Part shown: one piece after another, positions 1 to 12,697 of the stretch | How positions within the stretch are numbered: position 1 is the first letter of the stretch | Layout: each line of letters opens with the position of its first letter | From: Yuukianura sp. NJ FZ-2021 | Taxonomy: Eukaryota | Assembly (NCBI GenBank): GCA_046563655.1 | Contig: CM102289.1 | Location: forward strand, 3,720,001 to 3,784,000 | Direction of reading: 5' to 3' | Length of the DNA stretch: 64,000 nt | The notes under the pieces: generated by a model | Seen by the model: the letters and a program-made list of their open reading frames with translations, nothing else | Told to the model about the DNA's origin: nothing | The model's database searches: none | Translations under genes and position numbers: made by a program

Positions 1-335
1 AACTGCCTTGGATCCTCCTGCCAGGAGTCCTGTAACAAGAATCAGAACACCAAAAAATTAAAAAATACATGGACACGAAACTAGTTACTGCACTGTTTCA
101 CTAACTTCAGCAATAAAATGAGTCACAATCACAATTCACAAACTTACCAGCCTTGAAACGCAAAAAGTCTTCATCGTCAGCATGAGCACATTATTATCTT
201 GCCAAAACAAAAAAATCAGAGAGATTATGAGAGAACCACTACCACAACTTCATTCAACTAACAAACTTATACCGAGGCGAGGTGGGCTGGGTTCCTCTGA
301 AGAGCATCACGGATAGTGTGGAGTACAGTACAACC
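1..335 (-). other. 5' end (probably mostly UTR exons) of an unidentified spliced gene running off the left edge
   Basis: Minus-strand splice signals bound short exon-like blocks at about 272-334, 148-198 and 1-29 (ctcgcag|, |gtataag, ttggcaag|, |gtaagt, ttacag|). Possible start MLTMKTFCVSRL|DSWQEDPRQ. Product not identifiable. Confidence 0.35.
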
Positions 336-773
336 TGCGAGAAAAATTCTGAATGTAATAACCACTGGTTTGCTTGACCCTAAAGTTCAGTCATGTCAAG
401 GTCAACCCAGAAATTACACAGAAATCTTTCAGCAATAAGATCATAAGAATACATCGCGTTTGAGATTACCAAAAACAATGTAACCAGATTTAATTAACCA
501 ATAAAAAGTAATTCAATAAACAAAACTGTTAAAAATATCCTCCGTTTCAGGGGAATCGTGGGACCATCCCAAAATACCTAATGTCAGAGGAATAGTTGGT
601 CCGCTGCCTGGAGTTTCTGAATTATCAGGAGATTAGTAGCACGTGCTCCAAACAGCTGTTTGTTTTGGTTTTGTTTTTGCCAACATTGTTTTAAATCTTT
701 ACTTAAGTGTTTAGCAGTTCATAACGAGTTGTTTGTATTTGTTTCGCTAGTGTAGCAAATCAGGAGATTTGGT

Positions 774-3032
774 ATGCAGATAAGCGTTTACCTGGTTATT
801 TATATTGTGTTGCTGTCGTCAGCGGCTAAAGGAAGAAATGATCGGGATGTGGAACCGGCAGTAGGAGAAACTGATGCCCGGAATGGCACTGTAAAGGACA
901 CCAATACAACTAGAATTTCAACCCTACCGATTTTTATTATCCTGTCCATGGATGGATTTCGCTACGATTATTTTACAAAAGCCGATACGCCTAACCTGAA
1001 TTGGGTGAAAGAACATGGAGTATTTGCACCCTATATGAAGGTTACTTCAGATTTCAGCAACTATCGATTCATGATGACCAATCAATGTCTCCTTAGACGT
1101 CCTTATAACTAATATGTTTTATTACTTATATAGCCACAATTCCCAACGAAAACTTTTCCGAATCATCACTCCATATCTACCGGCCTTCATCCTGAATCAC
1201 ACGGAGTTATTGACAATGTATTGTTTGATCCTCTTTTCAATGAAACGTTGGGAGTCAAAGATGAGAAATTTTGGGTGTACAGCCCGGATGTTGTTCCGCT
1301 TTGGGTACCTTGCATGTTGTATAATTACTAATTTATTTTGGAAAAAACGTCGTCCTCCACTGCTCCACTAAATAATGACAGTAATTTTATTGTGTTTCTC
1401 AAAGGTGTTGAATGAATTGAGCGGTGGGGTGTCCGGAACGATGATGTACCCAGGATCTTTGTATGGATATGGGCACAGCAAGACCAAGGCCAGCTACATT
1501 GTCGATTATAATCCGTCAATTCCATTTAACTCGAGGGTGGACACCGTTTTAACATGGATCACTCATGAAACAAAACCCGCCAATTTAGTATTCTGCTACT
1601 TTGAAGAGCCGGATGAGTATGGCCACGGATTTGGCCCCGACTCAATCGAAGTAAAGACGTCTATAGAACGAGTGGACAACGTCACTGGCTACCTGATCAG
1701 TAAATTGAGGGAACTCAATATTTTGGACCAGGTGAATCTAGTCTTCCTAAGTGATCATGGATTTGAAAATGTTCAGCAAAGCCATATCATCAACATATCA
1801 AGTCTTGTCAACCCTAAGAGATATAAATTCGACGGTGGATCACCAAACTATCTGATTTATCCACAAGGTAGCAATTGATTAAATTTTTTACTTTCCTCAT
1901 TTTATCCCAGCGTTTAAACGCTATTTGTTTTTATCAGAAGGTGAGGAGATTAATCCGTTATATGATGACTTGAAGCGGGCATCGATCGGAAACAATTTTT
2001 CGGTATACTTAAAACATGAAGTGGCTGTGAAGAAGCCAAACTGGTTCTACTCACATGGCAGACGATTGAGTCCTATCTTACTTGTAGCTGATTTGGGATA
2101 CGTTTTCGACGATTTCTACGACAAAATAAGTTATTACGAGAAGAAGTATAATATCTCAGGTGAGAGGATCAACAGAATTCTATTTTCGCCTTCTTTTCGT
2201 GGAGTCTGAGGACTGGCTTGTAACATGCGATGACAGTTTACATTTTACGTGTTTTTGTCTCATAGCGAATGACACTAAACATGTCTACGGAACACACGGA
2301 TACGACAACAGCCTGAAATCTATGCAACCCTTCTTCAGAGCTATTGGACCAGTCTTCCAGACCGGCGGCGTGGAAGTGGAGCCGTTCGACAACATTGATC
2401 TTTTTCCCTTGCTATGTCACCTACTCAAAATTCACACGCCACCGAACAATGGCTCCTTGCCCAATTCTCTACTCAAGGCACTCAAGTCAACTTCAAGCAG
2501 CGATTCAAGTTCAGCAATCGCCTGGATCGGTAATTCATAATTCAATTACCCAAACTAAATATTTTAGCAATGTAAAAAGATATGTTGTTTTCTAAATTTA
2601 ATTTTTTTTTGTATTGTGTATTTAGTTGGAGGATTGTTGATTGGTGTAGCCATTCTAGTTGTCATTTTTATGACCGTTGGACGATGGAGACGCAGAGGTC
2701 GATACTTCTACGAAAATGGGAATTCAGTGAACGGGGCAAATGGAAGCACAGTTGCTTACAGGTGATGGTGACTAGCATTTTCCATTTAAGTATTCATGGC
2801 TTTAACACTTTCTGGACAAAAAAGGAATAAATCTGACACAATACATCTAATATCACCACTTTGATTTTTTTGTATAACCTACGTGTCCCTCGTGCGCAGA
2901 TATGCATTGTGTGATCACGGGGAAGATCTGGTTAGCGTTGATGAAAATCGAAATACCGGAAACTTGGACTGCACGGAAGGTAGAGCTCTCCTCAGCCTGT
3001 CAGATGAATCCATAGATCATCAAAATGCGTGA
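774..3032 (+). CDS. Ectonucleotide pyrophosphatase/phosphodiesterase, ENPP4/5-like type I membrane protein
   Basis: Exons 774-1040, 1134-1304, 1405-1867, 1938/1941-2159, 2266-2529, 2626-2761, 2900-3032 join in frame. Signal peptide; motifs SMDGFRYDY, PTKTFPNH (catalytic Thr), YFEEPDEYGH, LSDHG, GTHGYDN; C-terminal TM (IVGGLLIGVAILVVIFM) then basic residues. Confidence 0.92.
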
Positions 3033-3412
3033 TACATAACATAACCTCCTCATTTAACTTCAAATTCTACAATGATTTGGATTTGCACTTCCATTATATT
3101 TATTATAGTATTGTTGCACAACTTCAAGCAGTATTTACTATGCGTTCCTCTTAATTTATATTTTCCAATTGATTATGTACGATATTAATATTTATAATAC
3201 TTTAATAGAATTGCGATTGTATGGTTAAGAGTGAAAAATGACCTACTAATATATACTAACTTACGATTATTACTAACTTTCGTTTACTAATATTCGACAA
3301 TGCACTTTTTGTTCAGAGTGCAAAACCAATTCATGTCATACGCCTACTCTATTGTCTTCCACAGTCAATTGAGAATAAACCCCCTAAAAGGACTTACGTT
3401 TTATAGCAGGGT

Positions 3413-3557
3413 AAATGGTCAAAAACTTGATCAAAAATTGGAAAACCCAATAGGTGCAAATGTTAACCTTATGAAATACTAGTTAGGCAGGTTTGGTCAT
3501 ACAAGTTTTTCTTATGCTTGATCTTTTCATTTTTTGACCAAATTGTTTTTGACCATG
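3413..3557. repeat. Degenerate inverted repeat, possible old MITE
   Basis: atggtcaaaaac near 3415 pairs with gtttttgaccat near 3545, with imperfect extension inward. No clean TSD. Confidence 0.4.
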
Positions 3558-4019
3558 TTAACATGGAACCCTACGTTTTCCCTTTGACGGCTTAATGTTT
3601 AATATTAACAGCAGAACTAACGATTTACGAGGGCTAGTTTTTTTTTCAAATATCACATTACGCATGAGTCGTTCAAAATTGTCGTGCTTGTGCTATGTAC
3701 ATGTGCTAACTTGCACGTCTTAAACTCGCCGCAAAAGAATAACTCAGAAGAAGTGAAAGGTTAGATTATAAAGAATGACGATTTGAACGTAGAAAAATTA
3801 TTGCATAAGTAAGTTATGTGATTAAATTTTGTCAGTCAAGGTCTCCAATTGACGTGCCCGGGGTCAATGTCAGGGTCATCTATTAAAAACACCAGCATTT
3901 TCCAACAGACTCCATAATCTTAGGTTTGCAGCAACTAAGAACTTTTCCTCCATTTTAGAATTTTGCATTTTAGTGACAATCTAAAAACCTAACTACGGCG
4001 GCTGATACAACTAAGCAAA

Positions 4020-5902
4020 ATGCGTCGAATTCTTCTGTTCCTACTTATCGTGTTCCTGTCAACTGGACAAAATGAGGTACTAATGTTAGTATTAAACGAA
4101 CGAATGACTGTAGTTGTTCAAATCATCATGTCAAGATTAAAGAAAACACTAATAAGGTTGCAAAATTAGTGCTAGCGATGCGTCAGCGCAACGCGGCACT
4201 GCAGTTTACAAACACAATTTTTTTTCGGTAAATTGGGATTTCCATTTGCCATTTTGTATTAAAAAATATAAATGAAGCAAATGTTGATGAGATTCACAGT
4301 TTTTAATTCTTTTAATAATTTTATATTTTTAGTTTTTGTGAGGCTTTACGAGATGATTGTGTAAAGGGTCGTAGGTCAGAATCCATAAAGTCCACATAAG
4401 TTTGATTTATTATCCATAGTGTTTGTATAAGTTAAAGTATAATAATTTAAGTGTCAAATATAAAGTGTATTAATGTGTTTCAGAGCAAGCGATTGAAGCG
4501 TCAAACCCATCGTTCGTATACTCAGCCAAGGACGCACACGCAAACCACGCCTGATGGCGTCCCTATCTTGTCAGAATCTTATGCACGCTCCAGAGCAGCT
4601 TCTGCCGCAACTAGACAGAATCGACCTTCGCACTCTGATGGCCTCACACTCTACGAAGACTTCGTCAACGATCCATGGAAGCCTACAGAAGGTTTGAATT
4701 CAAGTTTAAGGTTAGGTTGAGGTTATTGCATAGTTACGACTTACGAGGAGAAGAGAAATTTGTCGTAGAGCAAATCATATTGCAAAAATAATACTCTATG
4801 TATAATCTAATAACAAATTCACACGACCAAACAATTTTTTAAAAAAGGGTACTTCTTACTTAGAGCTTTTTTTTGAAATTCCAAGTTCGTCTGTTGAACT
4901 TATCAAAAATTCTATACAGATTTGCACTCCATCTTATCAGAAAGAGGAACTTCTTATAAACCTCAAAGAGAGTTGAGGTCAGGTCAACGTGCTACTGACC
5001 GAGACGAATTGTGGAATCGCCCAAATCCATCGTCCCGCCGAAACTACGTTCCAACTACTGCTGCCACCTATTTCCCAACACAGCCACCAACCAGAGGACA
5101 TGAGTGGTATGTCAGCAGCCGAGCTGGAGACCACGTGACCTATGTGCGGAGGAAGTCAAATTATGAGAGGCAAAACACTGATGAAAATCCGCAACGCCTG
5201 CGCAGTTGGGATTCAAATTACGCAAACTATGACAACTTCGTGAGTTACCCGCATGGAAAAAATGGTGACGCTGAATGGATCGTGGAGAGCGAAAGCGACG
5301 GTCACATTACATACAGAAGACGAGGCTCTTGGCCGAGGAATCAATACTGGCGAACAACCACGGTAGTTCCACAAATCCAGCGTCTGGGGCGTGGCTCAGG
5401 AGAGGTGAATGACCTTTTATAACTCATTTATCTAATACTTATGTAACAATCTAACATAATTTTTGCCAGAAATGTGTAGTATTTGAACTTTTAATAGGTC
5501 TTGGCTCGCGTTGTGAATACTGGAGATGACTCTGAAGGCACATCAGCTAGATTGCAGCAGAGTCCAAGACAAGACTTCTTTGGTCCTCATGCTGGGTACA
5601 ACCCACGCGGTTCATTTGAAACATGGCGGCCAAAAGTGGAACTAAAATCAGGCAAGTCTGTGAGCTTCACTGACGCACACGGAACTCAAATGACTTTTCC
5701 GCGCTACCGTGATGACGACAGAGTTCGCGCTCTTCCGGCGCAATTTTCAACGCAGAGACCATACACGTACCAACATCCAACAACCACGACTCCACCGACA
5801 TACTACCGAGGTGGACCGCACTATCCGATGCTCCATGAAAAAGAAACTGCGGACAGGGCAAATCGATTGGGAGCTACCAACAAATTCGCCCTCGTCTACT
5901 AA
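4020..5902 (+). CDS. Secreted Arg/Thr/Pro-rich protein of unknown function (about 384 aa)
   Basis: Exons 4020-4076, 4484-4691, 4920-5404, 5498-5902 are phase-consistent. Signal peptide MRRILLFLLIVFLSTG followed by KRLKR; AATAAA near 6017. Confidence 0.75.
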
Positions 5903-6039
5903 AAATTCGTAAATCCGCTTTTTCTAAAAGCAACATATGTAGTTCAGTCCTGGAATTGTCCCATGCGCATTAAATTTTGAAATATATTTATAGTATAAAT
6001 ATATTTAATGATTCGAAATAAATAAACAAACGTAGTAGT

Positions 6040-8330
6040 TTATGTTCCAGAATTGGCGTCGTTTTCTTCTGCATTTCTAAACGCTGGAACAGAATCACTC
6101 AGCGACGATGAATTTTGATCGCTTGGTGTCGATGCTGTTGGACTTGGTACTGCAATGTTGCCTAACTTTATGATCTCTTGTGTGCTAAATCCACAACTTT
6201 CGAACAGTTTCGCACAAATATTTGTGTGGCTCATAACTTTCTGTCCCAGATGAGCAGCTTGACGGTACCGCGTAGTGCTGTCCACTGCAGTGGTTTCAAG
6301 CGGCATGATTTTATCCATGATCCTGTTAAAACAAAAAACATTTTAAAATTACATTTTATATGTAGACTTTATCTTTGAAAATCTAACACCCAGATTTTGT
6401 AAATTTTCGGCCGTACTTGAAAGCTGTAATGATGTTTTTCTCATAGTCAGTCACATCAATCCTCCCACCGTTATGGATTTCACAGACCATTTTTTCTAGA
6501 CACCGATTGATATCCAGAAAAGACACGATGCTAAACAGGTTTTTGATGTCCTGGACAAACGATGCTGCAACTTTGTCAACTTCTACGTCTGACACTTCTT
6601 CTTTCGGAGGTGGAGAACTGCGCTTACCCCGCCTGTTATTCAAGTGAAGTAGTAATTCGGGATCTTCTTCGGTAATGTCACGTGAGCCACCGAAAACCCA
6701 AGACATGAAAGAGTCTGGCAGTAAGTCACCTCCTTCTGGATCACTCATGACATCTAGCAGTGGCGACATAATTGTCACTTCTTTCTTCTTTTGAGGTTGA
6801 GACTCTTTCCCATCTTTGATTTTTGATGCAAGCGTCGAGTTAGCCTTGACGCGGATTTTAATTTTCTTTTTTGGTGGAGCTTTCTCGGTTGTTGTTGTAG
6901 GTTTTTCAGTTGCAATTTTAGTTTTTGCGTCATCAGAATTTTCATTGTCGACCAGTTCCTGGTGAAACTGTTCCTGTAGAAGGTCTGCAAGTACGTCCAG
7001 TTTCATTTCTTCAGTCATTCCTGGATTCTTATTGGTTGCCGTGTAAAAGTTTTGTAAAATGTACTGTTCCGCGGCAGACCCTGCTGAATCCTCTATGAAT
7101 TCCCCTGAGTCCGCTTCGGCATTTTCGTAATAATTTTCATCTTTGGAGACATCATTTTCTTTGGCCGATAGAAAAGCTAAAGGTAAAAACAAAATTTCCA
7201 CAATCACGTACATTTTATGGTAAATTTGCGCATAATATTTATCCACGCTACATCCGAATTCAGTATTCTTTACCTTTCATTAACTCCTGATTTGTGGTGT
7301 AACGACCTTGAATGTTGCCATCATCCTCATTTCCATGCTCTTCGTACACCGGAATCTTTGTTGGCACTTTTGATTTGAAAATTGGCTGCCTGGATTCATA
7401 GTAAGTTTGGGTAGGTTGATATTTGTAACGACTGTTGGTTGCTGTCGCCCCGCTGTAGTGTGGATATACTTCGCCAACATTATTATGCATGTAATCCGAA
7501 CTTGGTGTTTTGTAATAGTTTCCAGAATTTTGCATCGCGTCATAGGATGACGTGGTATAATGGTCGTGATCGTGATGGTGGTAAGGCGCGTAGTCTTGAT
7601 AGTAGGAAGGTGCGTAACCGTGTTGTTGGTAAGATGTAAATCCTTGATTTTGGTAAGGTGTGTAACCGTATTGGTGGTAAGATGGATAGTCTGAATTGTG
7701 GTAAGGTGCGTAACCGTGTTGGTGGTAAGATGCGTAGTCTTGATTGTGGTTACCTGTATAACTGTGATGATGGTAAGGAGCATAACCCTGGTGATAATAT
7801 GGAGCGTATTCATGGTGTTGATATGGTGCGTAGTCGTGATGCTGATGAGTATGTGTGTTTGCGTCGTACGCGAAAACGGAATTGTACAAGTTGCGCAATC
7901 TTGTAAGTAAAGAAGGTCGGTGATGAGAATCGTAATGGACGCCATGTTGCGAGTGAGTTCCATGACTGCTATCGGGTCCTAGTGCAAAATTTAAATATTT
8001 CCCTTCGTACTGAAACTGTGGACCAAGATGACCTTGGCTGTAGTATGACGGATGACCCCATCCATACAACTGATGCTCTCCATGATGGAGATGGTGGGGA
8101 TGGTGGTGTTTCGTCCAGCGATTGAGCAGGTATCCGATCGCTGCAAGTTTTCCAAGGACAAGTCCAGCACCTTGTCCCACTACAAATGCTCCCAGAGCCA
8201 CTGGTGGGCCAAGGAGCAGAGTGGCTTTGATGGCCAAAACTCTTCCAACAAGTGCCGGAATAATGCCAACACTCCAGTATCCGCTGGAGAAAATAAATAG
8301 CAGCAAGGCTCCCATCATTCCGTAAGTCAT
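6040..8330 (-). CDS. Secreted His/Tyr-rich protein with C-terminal DM4/DM12-like Cys module (about 699 aa), probably cuticle-associated
   Basis: Exons 8330-7274, 7176-6417, 6322-6040 join in frame. Signal peptide, second hydrophobic stretch, His/Tyr octamer repeats, RRGKR site, CLEKMVCEI...YRQAAHLG...C...C pattern. Confidence 0.75.
7580..7845 (-). repeat. Coding 24-bp tandem repeat, about 11 copies of an octamer like HHGYAPYH
   Basis: Translation HHDYAPYQ HHEYAPYY HQGYAPYH ... QHGYAPSY YQDYAPYH. Confidence 0.85.
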
Positions 8331-9608
8331 GATGAGGCTATGTTAGGTTAGACTAACTACTAAAGTATGACGTAACTGTTGCCACCGAAAAGTTGTCACC
8401 TCAACACTGTAAACTCTTCGTTGGCCACTAAACTTGTGAATGTAACAATCTTTTGGGACAGAATTTGTTAAGGTCATTGTTATTACCAAACTTTCACCTA
8501 ACAACGCAAATGTCGACTAAGGTAACATAGGAAATTACATCGACAATAGGGAGCAAACTTGTTCTGTATGCATTTTAGCGTTGAGGATTTAATGCATTTT
8601 GCTTTATAGCCATGTAACAGTCCACGATGAAAAATATGGACATTTAAGTTTTTTGTAAACCTGTTTTTTAGGAATATTTGGGAGAATCGCGAAATTGAGT
8701 GAAAGTTTTGGGACTTTCAACTCGATTTCGCACACAGAAGAGCAAAAACTTTGGTGATGATGATTCATAATGATTTCTCTTTCTTTACAAGACTTGAAAA
8801 TTACTACTCTGATTTGATGCGAGAGAGTTATAAAACGTATAGTAACTGATTGTGTTGTACAAATTATAACAGTTATTATGTACCATTCATGTTTTTTTTT
8901 GTATGAGCATGACACCGTCTTCAACATTGTCTTTAAAATCCGGAAAATTCTTAATTCACTATGTTTAAAAATCAAAGTACGCTTGGACCCTCTTAATTTT
9001 AAACCAGGTTGTTTGTACAGTTTTTGAAAGTTCCAAATCTTGATGTACCTGTTTTACAAATTGAATTTTAGACTTTTTAGACAGGGGCTTTCCATTTTTA
9101 GAAATGACAAATCTCGATTTACGGCAATCAAAAGCAGCAGTGGAAAATTCTCATAATTGTTTTCGAAATTAAATTTTGTCAAATGTTTTTGCTCGTAAAA
9201 GTTTTAAGTCATTGCATTTGGCTATGAAGTATGCTTTATTAAAATTTTAATGAAACAAACTTTTTTTTGTTAAGTACTATAGTATTTATGTAATGAAATT
9301 GACTGAGTATAGTCAGTCAATCTAGTTGTTGTGTTTTGTGACATTGTGAATGTTTTGGCTATTCTCTACAATGATTACAGTTTTGAGGTTGTGAGGTTCT
9401 TATGGATTGAATTGACCAATAAAGCAAAGGAGAAAACGCTTTGTTGAATGTAGTGGATTCATTACCCGTCGTCAATTCCGTAAACTGGGTCAATTCTTCC
9501 ATTAAATCTTAACTTATTGCTGCCGTTGGAAAGTGACGCTTTGCTCTGTAGTTTTACTAACCAATCAAAAAGATCTTATTTCTAAAATCGGAACAGATAT
9601 CGGCTACG

Positions 9609-9815
9609 ATGAATTTGTTGCGGCTTTGCATCCTGTTCGCTGTGACAGCACTATTTGGTAAAAGTTGAATTTAAACTTCCATTTATTACTAAGAATTAAC
9701 TTTTCTAATTATATGAATCCATTCAGGAGTAAATTATGGACAAGCAACTGCTCCACAAGGCAGTAAACATACTCGTGGCAGATCAATTGGCAGGAGCATC
9801 ATTCGTAAAGGCTAA
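9609..9815 (+). CDS. Small secreted cationic peptide precursor (45 aa)
   Basis: Exons 9609-9657 and 9727-9815, 69-nt intron GTAAAA...TTCAG. MNLLRLCILFAVTALFGVNYGQATAPQGSKHTRGRSIGRSIIRKG*. AATAAA at 9909. Missing from the ORF track. Confidence 0.68.
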
Positions 9816-10430
9816 ATCACCTTAACTAAAAAAAATTATTAATATATCTGGAAAAGTCAATAATGATACATTTAAAACGACTATTATTTATTTTTAACAT
9901 AACAGAACAATAAATCAACAAAAACAAAGTGTATGTCTAAAAATTGTCAGTATGATATTGATTATGTTGTCCTTTGCAAAAGTTATTGTCCGTAAAGTTA
10001 ATTAGTTCATTAAGTTGTCATTTGCCAAAGTCCTCCACGTCCACCGTTAACCATTAAATTGATCAAAAAGATTTGTCGAGATCGTATTGCGGTCAGTGCT
10101 AAGTAGTTAAAACATCAGTATCCGTGTCATGTCGCTAACTAATTGTCCAAACATATGTCCGTGTACCCAACCCCATTCTCCCATTGTCAGTCTAATGTCG
10201 AACTCAAATTGTGCGTGAACAATTGTAAAAGAGTCGAAAACGTGAAGTTAATGGGCATATGTTATGCTACATAGTCTAAGAACAAATATTGACAGAAACA
10301 GTTGTCGAAGAAATTAAGAACTAACAAAATAAGTTATCGTTAGTTAGACTTTAAAAAAGTAAACAAAAAAATCAACTCAGAAAAATCAGAATTATAAAGT
10401 CTATGTACTTTGAAAAATGAAAAATCAAGC

Positions 10431-11497
10431 TTATAAAGTTTTCTTCTTGAATTTCTTTGAACGAACTTTTGCTCCACTGTCATCCATTAGAAAGCAACCG
10501 AATTTTTTGCACCCCGTGGCGCCAGAATCCAAATAGGCACGCGCCATGCGCAGTAACGCCGCAGGCAATTGCTGTTCAAACTTCTCGACCACCCTGCAAT
10601 TTCAAATTGAAATCCAAAAATGAATTTTTGCAGAATTGATAGATTAAGTTTTCCTTAACATTTTCGAAAAGTTGTACGAGTGTTAAATGTTTACTTTTTA
10701 AGCGTCGTGTCAAAGTACGTTCCGCGTCCATATCGACTCATTTCACAGCTCATGCGCTCAATACACTGCTCACTCTCCATCACATTTCGAGCCAAGTTGG
10801 ACATTTTCCCGCCAAGTTCTTTCACATCAAATCCAAAACTTCTGCCTGGTGGTGGAATAGTGATGACCGGAATCGGAATGAAAAGCAGAAGAAGTGGAAG
10901 CAAGAGTACAGCCGGTAGAAGAAGAAAAAACAAAGGAATTAATCCCAGTTTCAGAAGGCCAAAGATCCCTAGGCCCTTAAGGCCCTTGATCCCTAGCAGC
11001 CCTGCAAGTCCTCCAAGGCCACCAAGGAACCCTCCTGACCCAAATCCGTCAGAATCGTGACCTAAAAGTCGCAATGCATCATTGCATCTGAAATATTGCT
11101 TAGGTTAGGTTGTGAAAGCGCGAAGTTTTAAATTCAATTTACCCTCATCCACGCCGTAAGATGTTCCGTAAGATGTCGATGGAACTGGATGATACGACGA
11201 TGAATATGATTGGCTGGCGTCTCCACCGTAACTCAGATCTGACGTAGGGCTTGCATAAGCATCACGGTTCCAGTCAGAATGGACAAATCTTTGCGGTTGG
11301 CCATGCCCACTGTAGTAGCTTGTAGCTCTGAACTGCTCTTGCGCTTGCTCACTTGGATTTGCTTCTGGAATGAACGAGGAACCAACCGATTCGGAGTTTC
11401 CCTCCGATTTGTTATTTTCTATACTTAGCCCAATTGTACTTGAAATGGAAACGATCAAGATCAAGGTCACTGTCACCTGAGTTTGTTTGGGCTTCAT
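10431..11497 (-). CDS. Secreted or membrane Gly/Leu-rich protein with DM4/DM12-like Cys module (about 294 aa)
   Basis: Exons 11497-11143, 11061-10695, 10593-10431 join in frame. Signal peptide, Ser/Tyr-rich region, Leu/Pro hydrophobic stretch, CIERMSCEM...ARAY...C...C. Confidence 0.75.
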
Positions 11498-12576
11498 TCT
11501 GACTAATTTTGAATTTCAAAAAATGTTGACTGAAATTTTGAAAACGTAGAATGGTGCCTGATCAATGTACAACTTAATTATGAATAGTGAGAAGATGAAG
11601 TTTGGTTTATTTATAACACAACAGAAAACGTCGTTTGCTCCTGGGTAACTTTGACCCCTTCGTTCACGGTGACCCAAAAATAGAAACTCCATCCCGGAAA
11701 TGCTAACTTTTTCATTCATCAACCCCTCGAAAGTTTTCGTCACAGGGCCCAACTATGGCCAAAGTTTAGTTATTTCTTGAGGCTTTTGGACATTCTCATC
11801 CCTCCCTTGCGGCCAAGCCGCTAAATTTAAAATCGTTACGACCAGAGATTGAGGAGGTAATAATAGAAACAAGGGAATAAATAGGATCCAAATGGATACA
11901 TTAAAAAAGCCATCCCTCGTCATCCCTGTTCTTGCTCAGAGCAACGTGACTCAAACGGACTTTGCAAAGGAACGAAAGGAGAAATTGCAATTTGGTGTTC
12001 CATCACCATCACTCATCCTCGTTGTAGAATAGGAATTCAAACGAGATCATTCAAATAATTGTACACATAAGATGCTTTAGTTTGCAGAAAGGGTTAATTT
12101 TTCTGTGTGCATCGGCAGTTGAGAGCAATGAAAAATCATCAATAATTGACGACAGGCAGAAATAGTACAACACAATACTGAATGTCACACGATCTTGATG
12201 AAGTTCACCTGTCATAAATCGTGCACAGAAATTGGCACACGTACGGCATTAATTTTCTAATTGCAACTTTTTAGGTGACACAAATACACGTGTGTTTTTA
12301 GTAACTTCTTTTTTTGCCATTGTTTCAACCCTGCGGGATCTCAAACCACAGTCAATATTTATTAAGGATGATCTCCTGATTCTTAATTTATTAGTAAAAA
12401 ATATCATTAATCATGATGGATTGATTATAACAATTTTAAAGTCCACCGACAGTGAGACAAAACCAAAAATATTACAGCGCTATCTTGCCTTTCGTTTCAA
12501 GAGAAGGGCCTGTGGAATTGCTGAATCTGCTCATTTGCTTTTTAGTCAAGAATTACAAATTGCGCTTATTGCATTG

Positions 12577-12697
12577 TTGTTGGCAATGACGGCTTTCGGT
12601 GAAAGAGACTGTTCCAGTTGAGAGGTTCACGGGTTCGATTCCCTTTGGCTCCTATGAGAAGAAAAAAAAACTGAACTGACTATATTTTTTCCGGCTG
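12577..12697 (+). mobile_element. tRNA-derived SINE-like repeat, copy 1
   Basis: ttgttggcaatga head, B-box gggttcgattccc, atgag plus A-run, ctgac-T-run tail; same layout at 53071, 53399 and 55963. No intact cloverleaf. Confidence 0.6.

Noticed and set aside
3836..3878. Nuclear-receptor half-sites (GGGTCA) upstream of the 4020 gene
   Set aside because: Imperfect match to an ecdysone element; cannot be separated from chance.
4343..4374. Possible extra exon ALRDDCVKGR
   Set aside because: Its donor phase does not match the 4484 exon; direct splicing keeps the frame.
7280..7963. Alternative-frame and antisense ORFs over the His/Tyr repeat
   Set aside because: Shadow frames of a coding tandem repeat.
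9920..10320. Recurring TTGTC motifs
   Set aside because: Too short and irregular, with no definable ends.
12577..12697. tRNA gene call from the GGTTCGA motif (also near 53127, 53456, 56021)
   Set aside because: No convincing acceptor or anticodon stems; treated as SINE-like.
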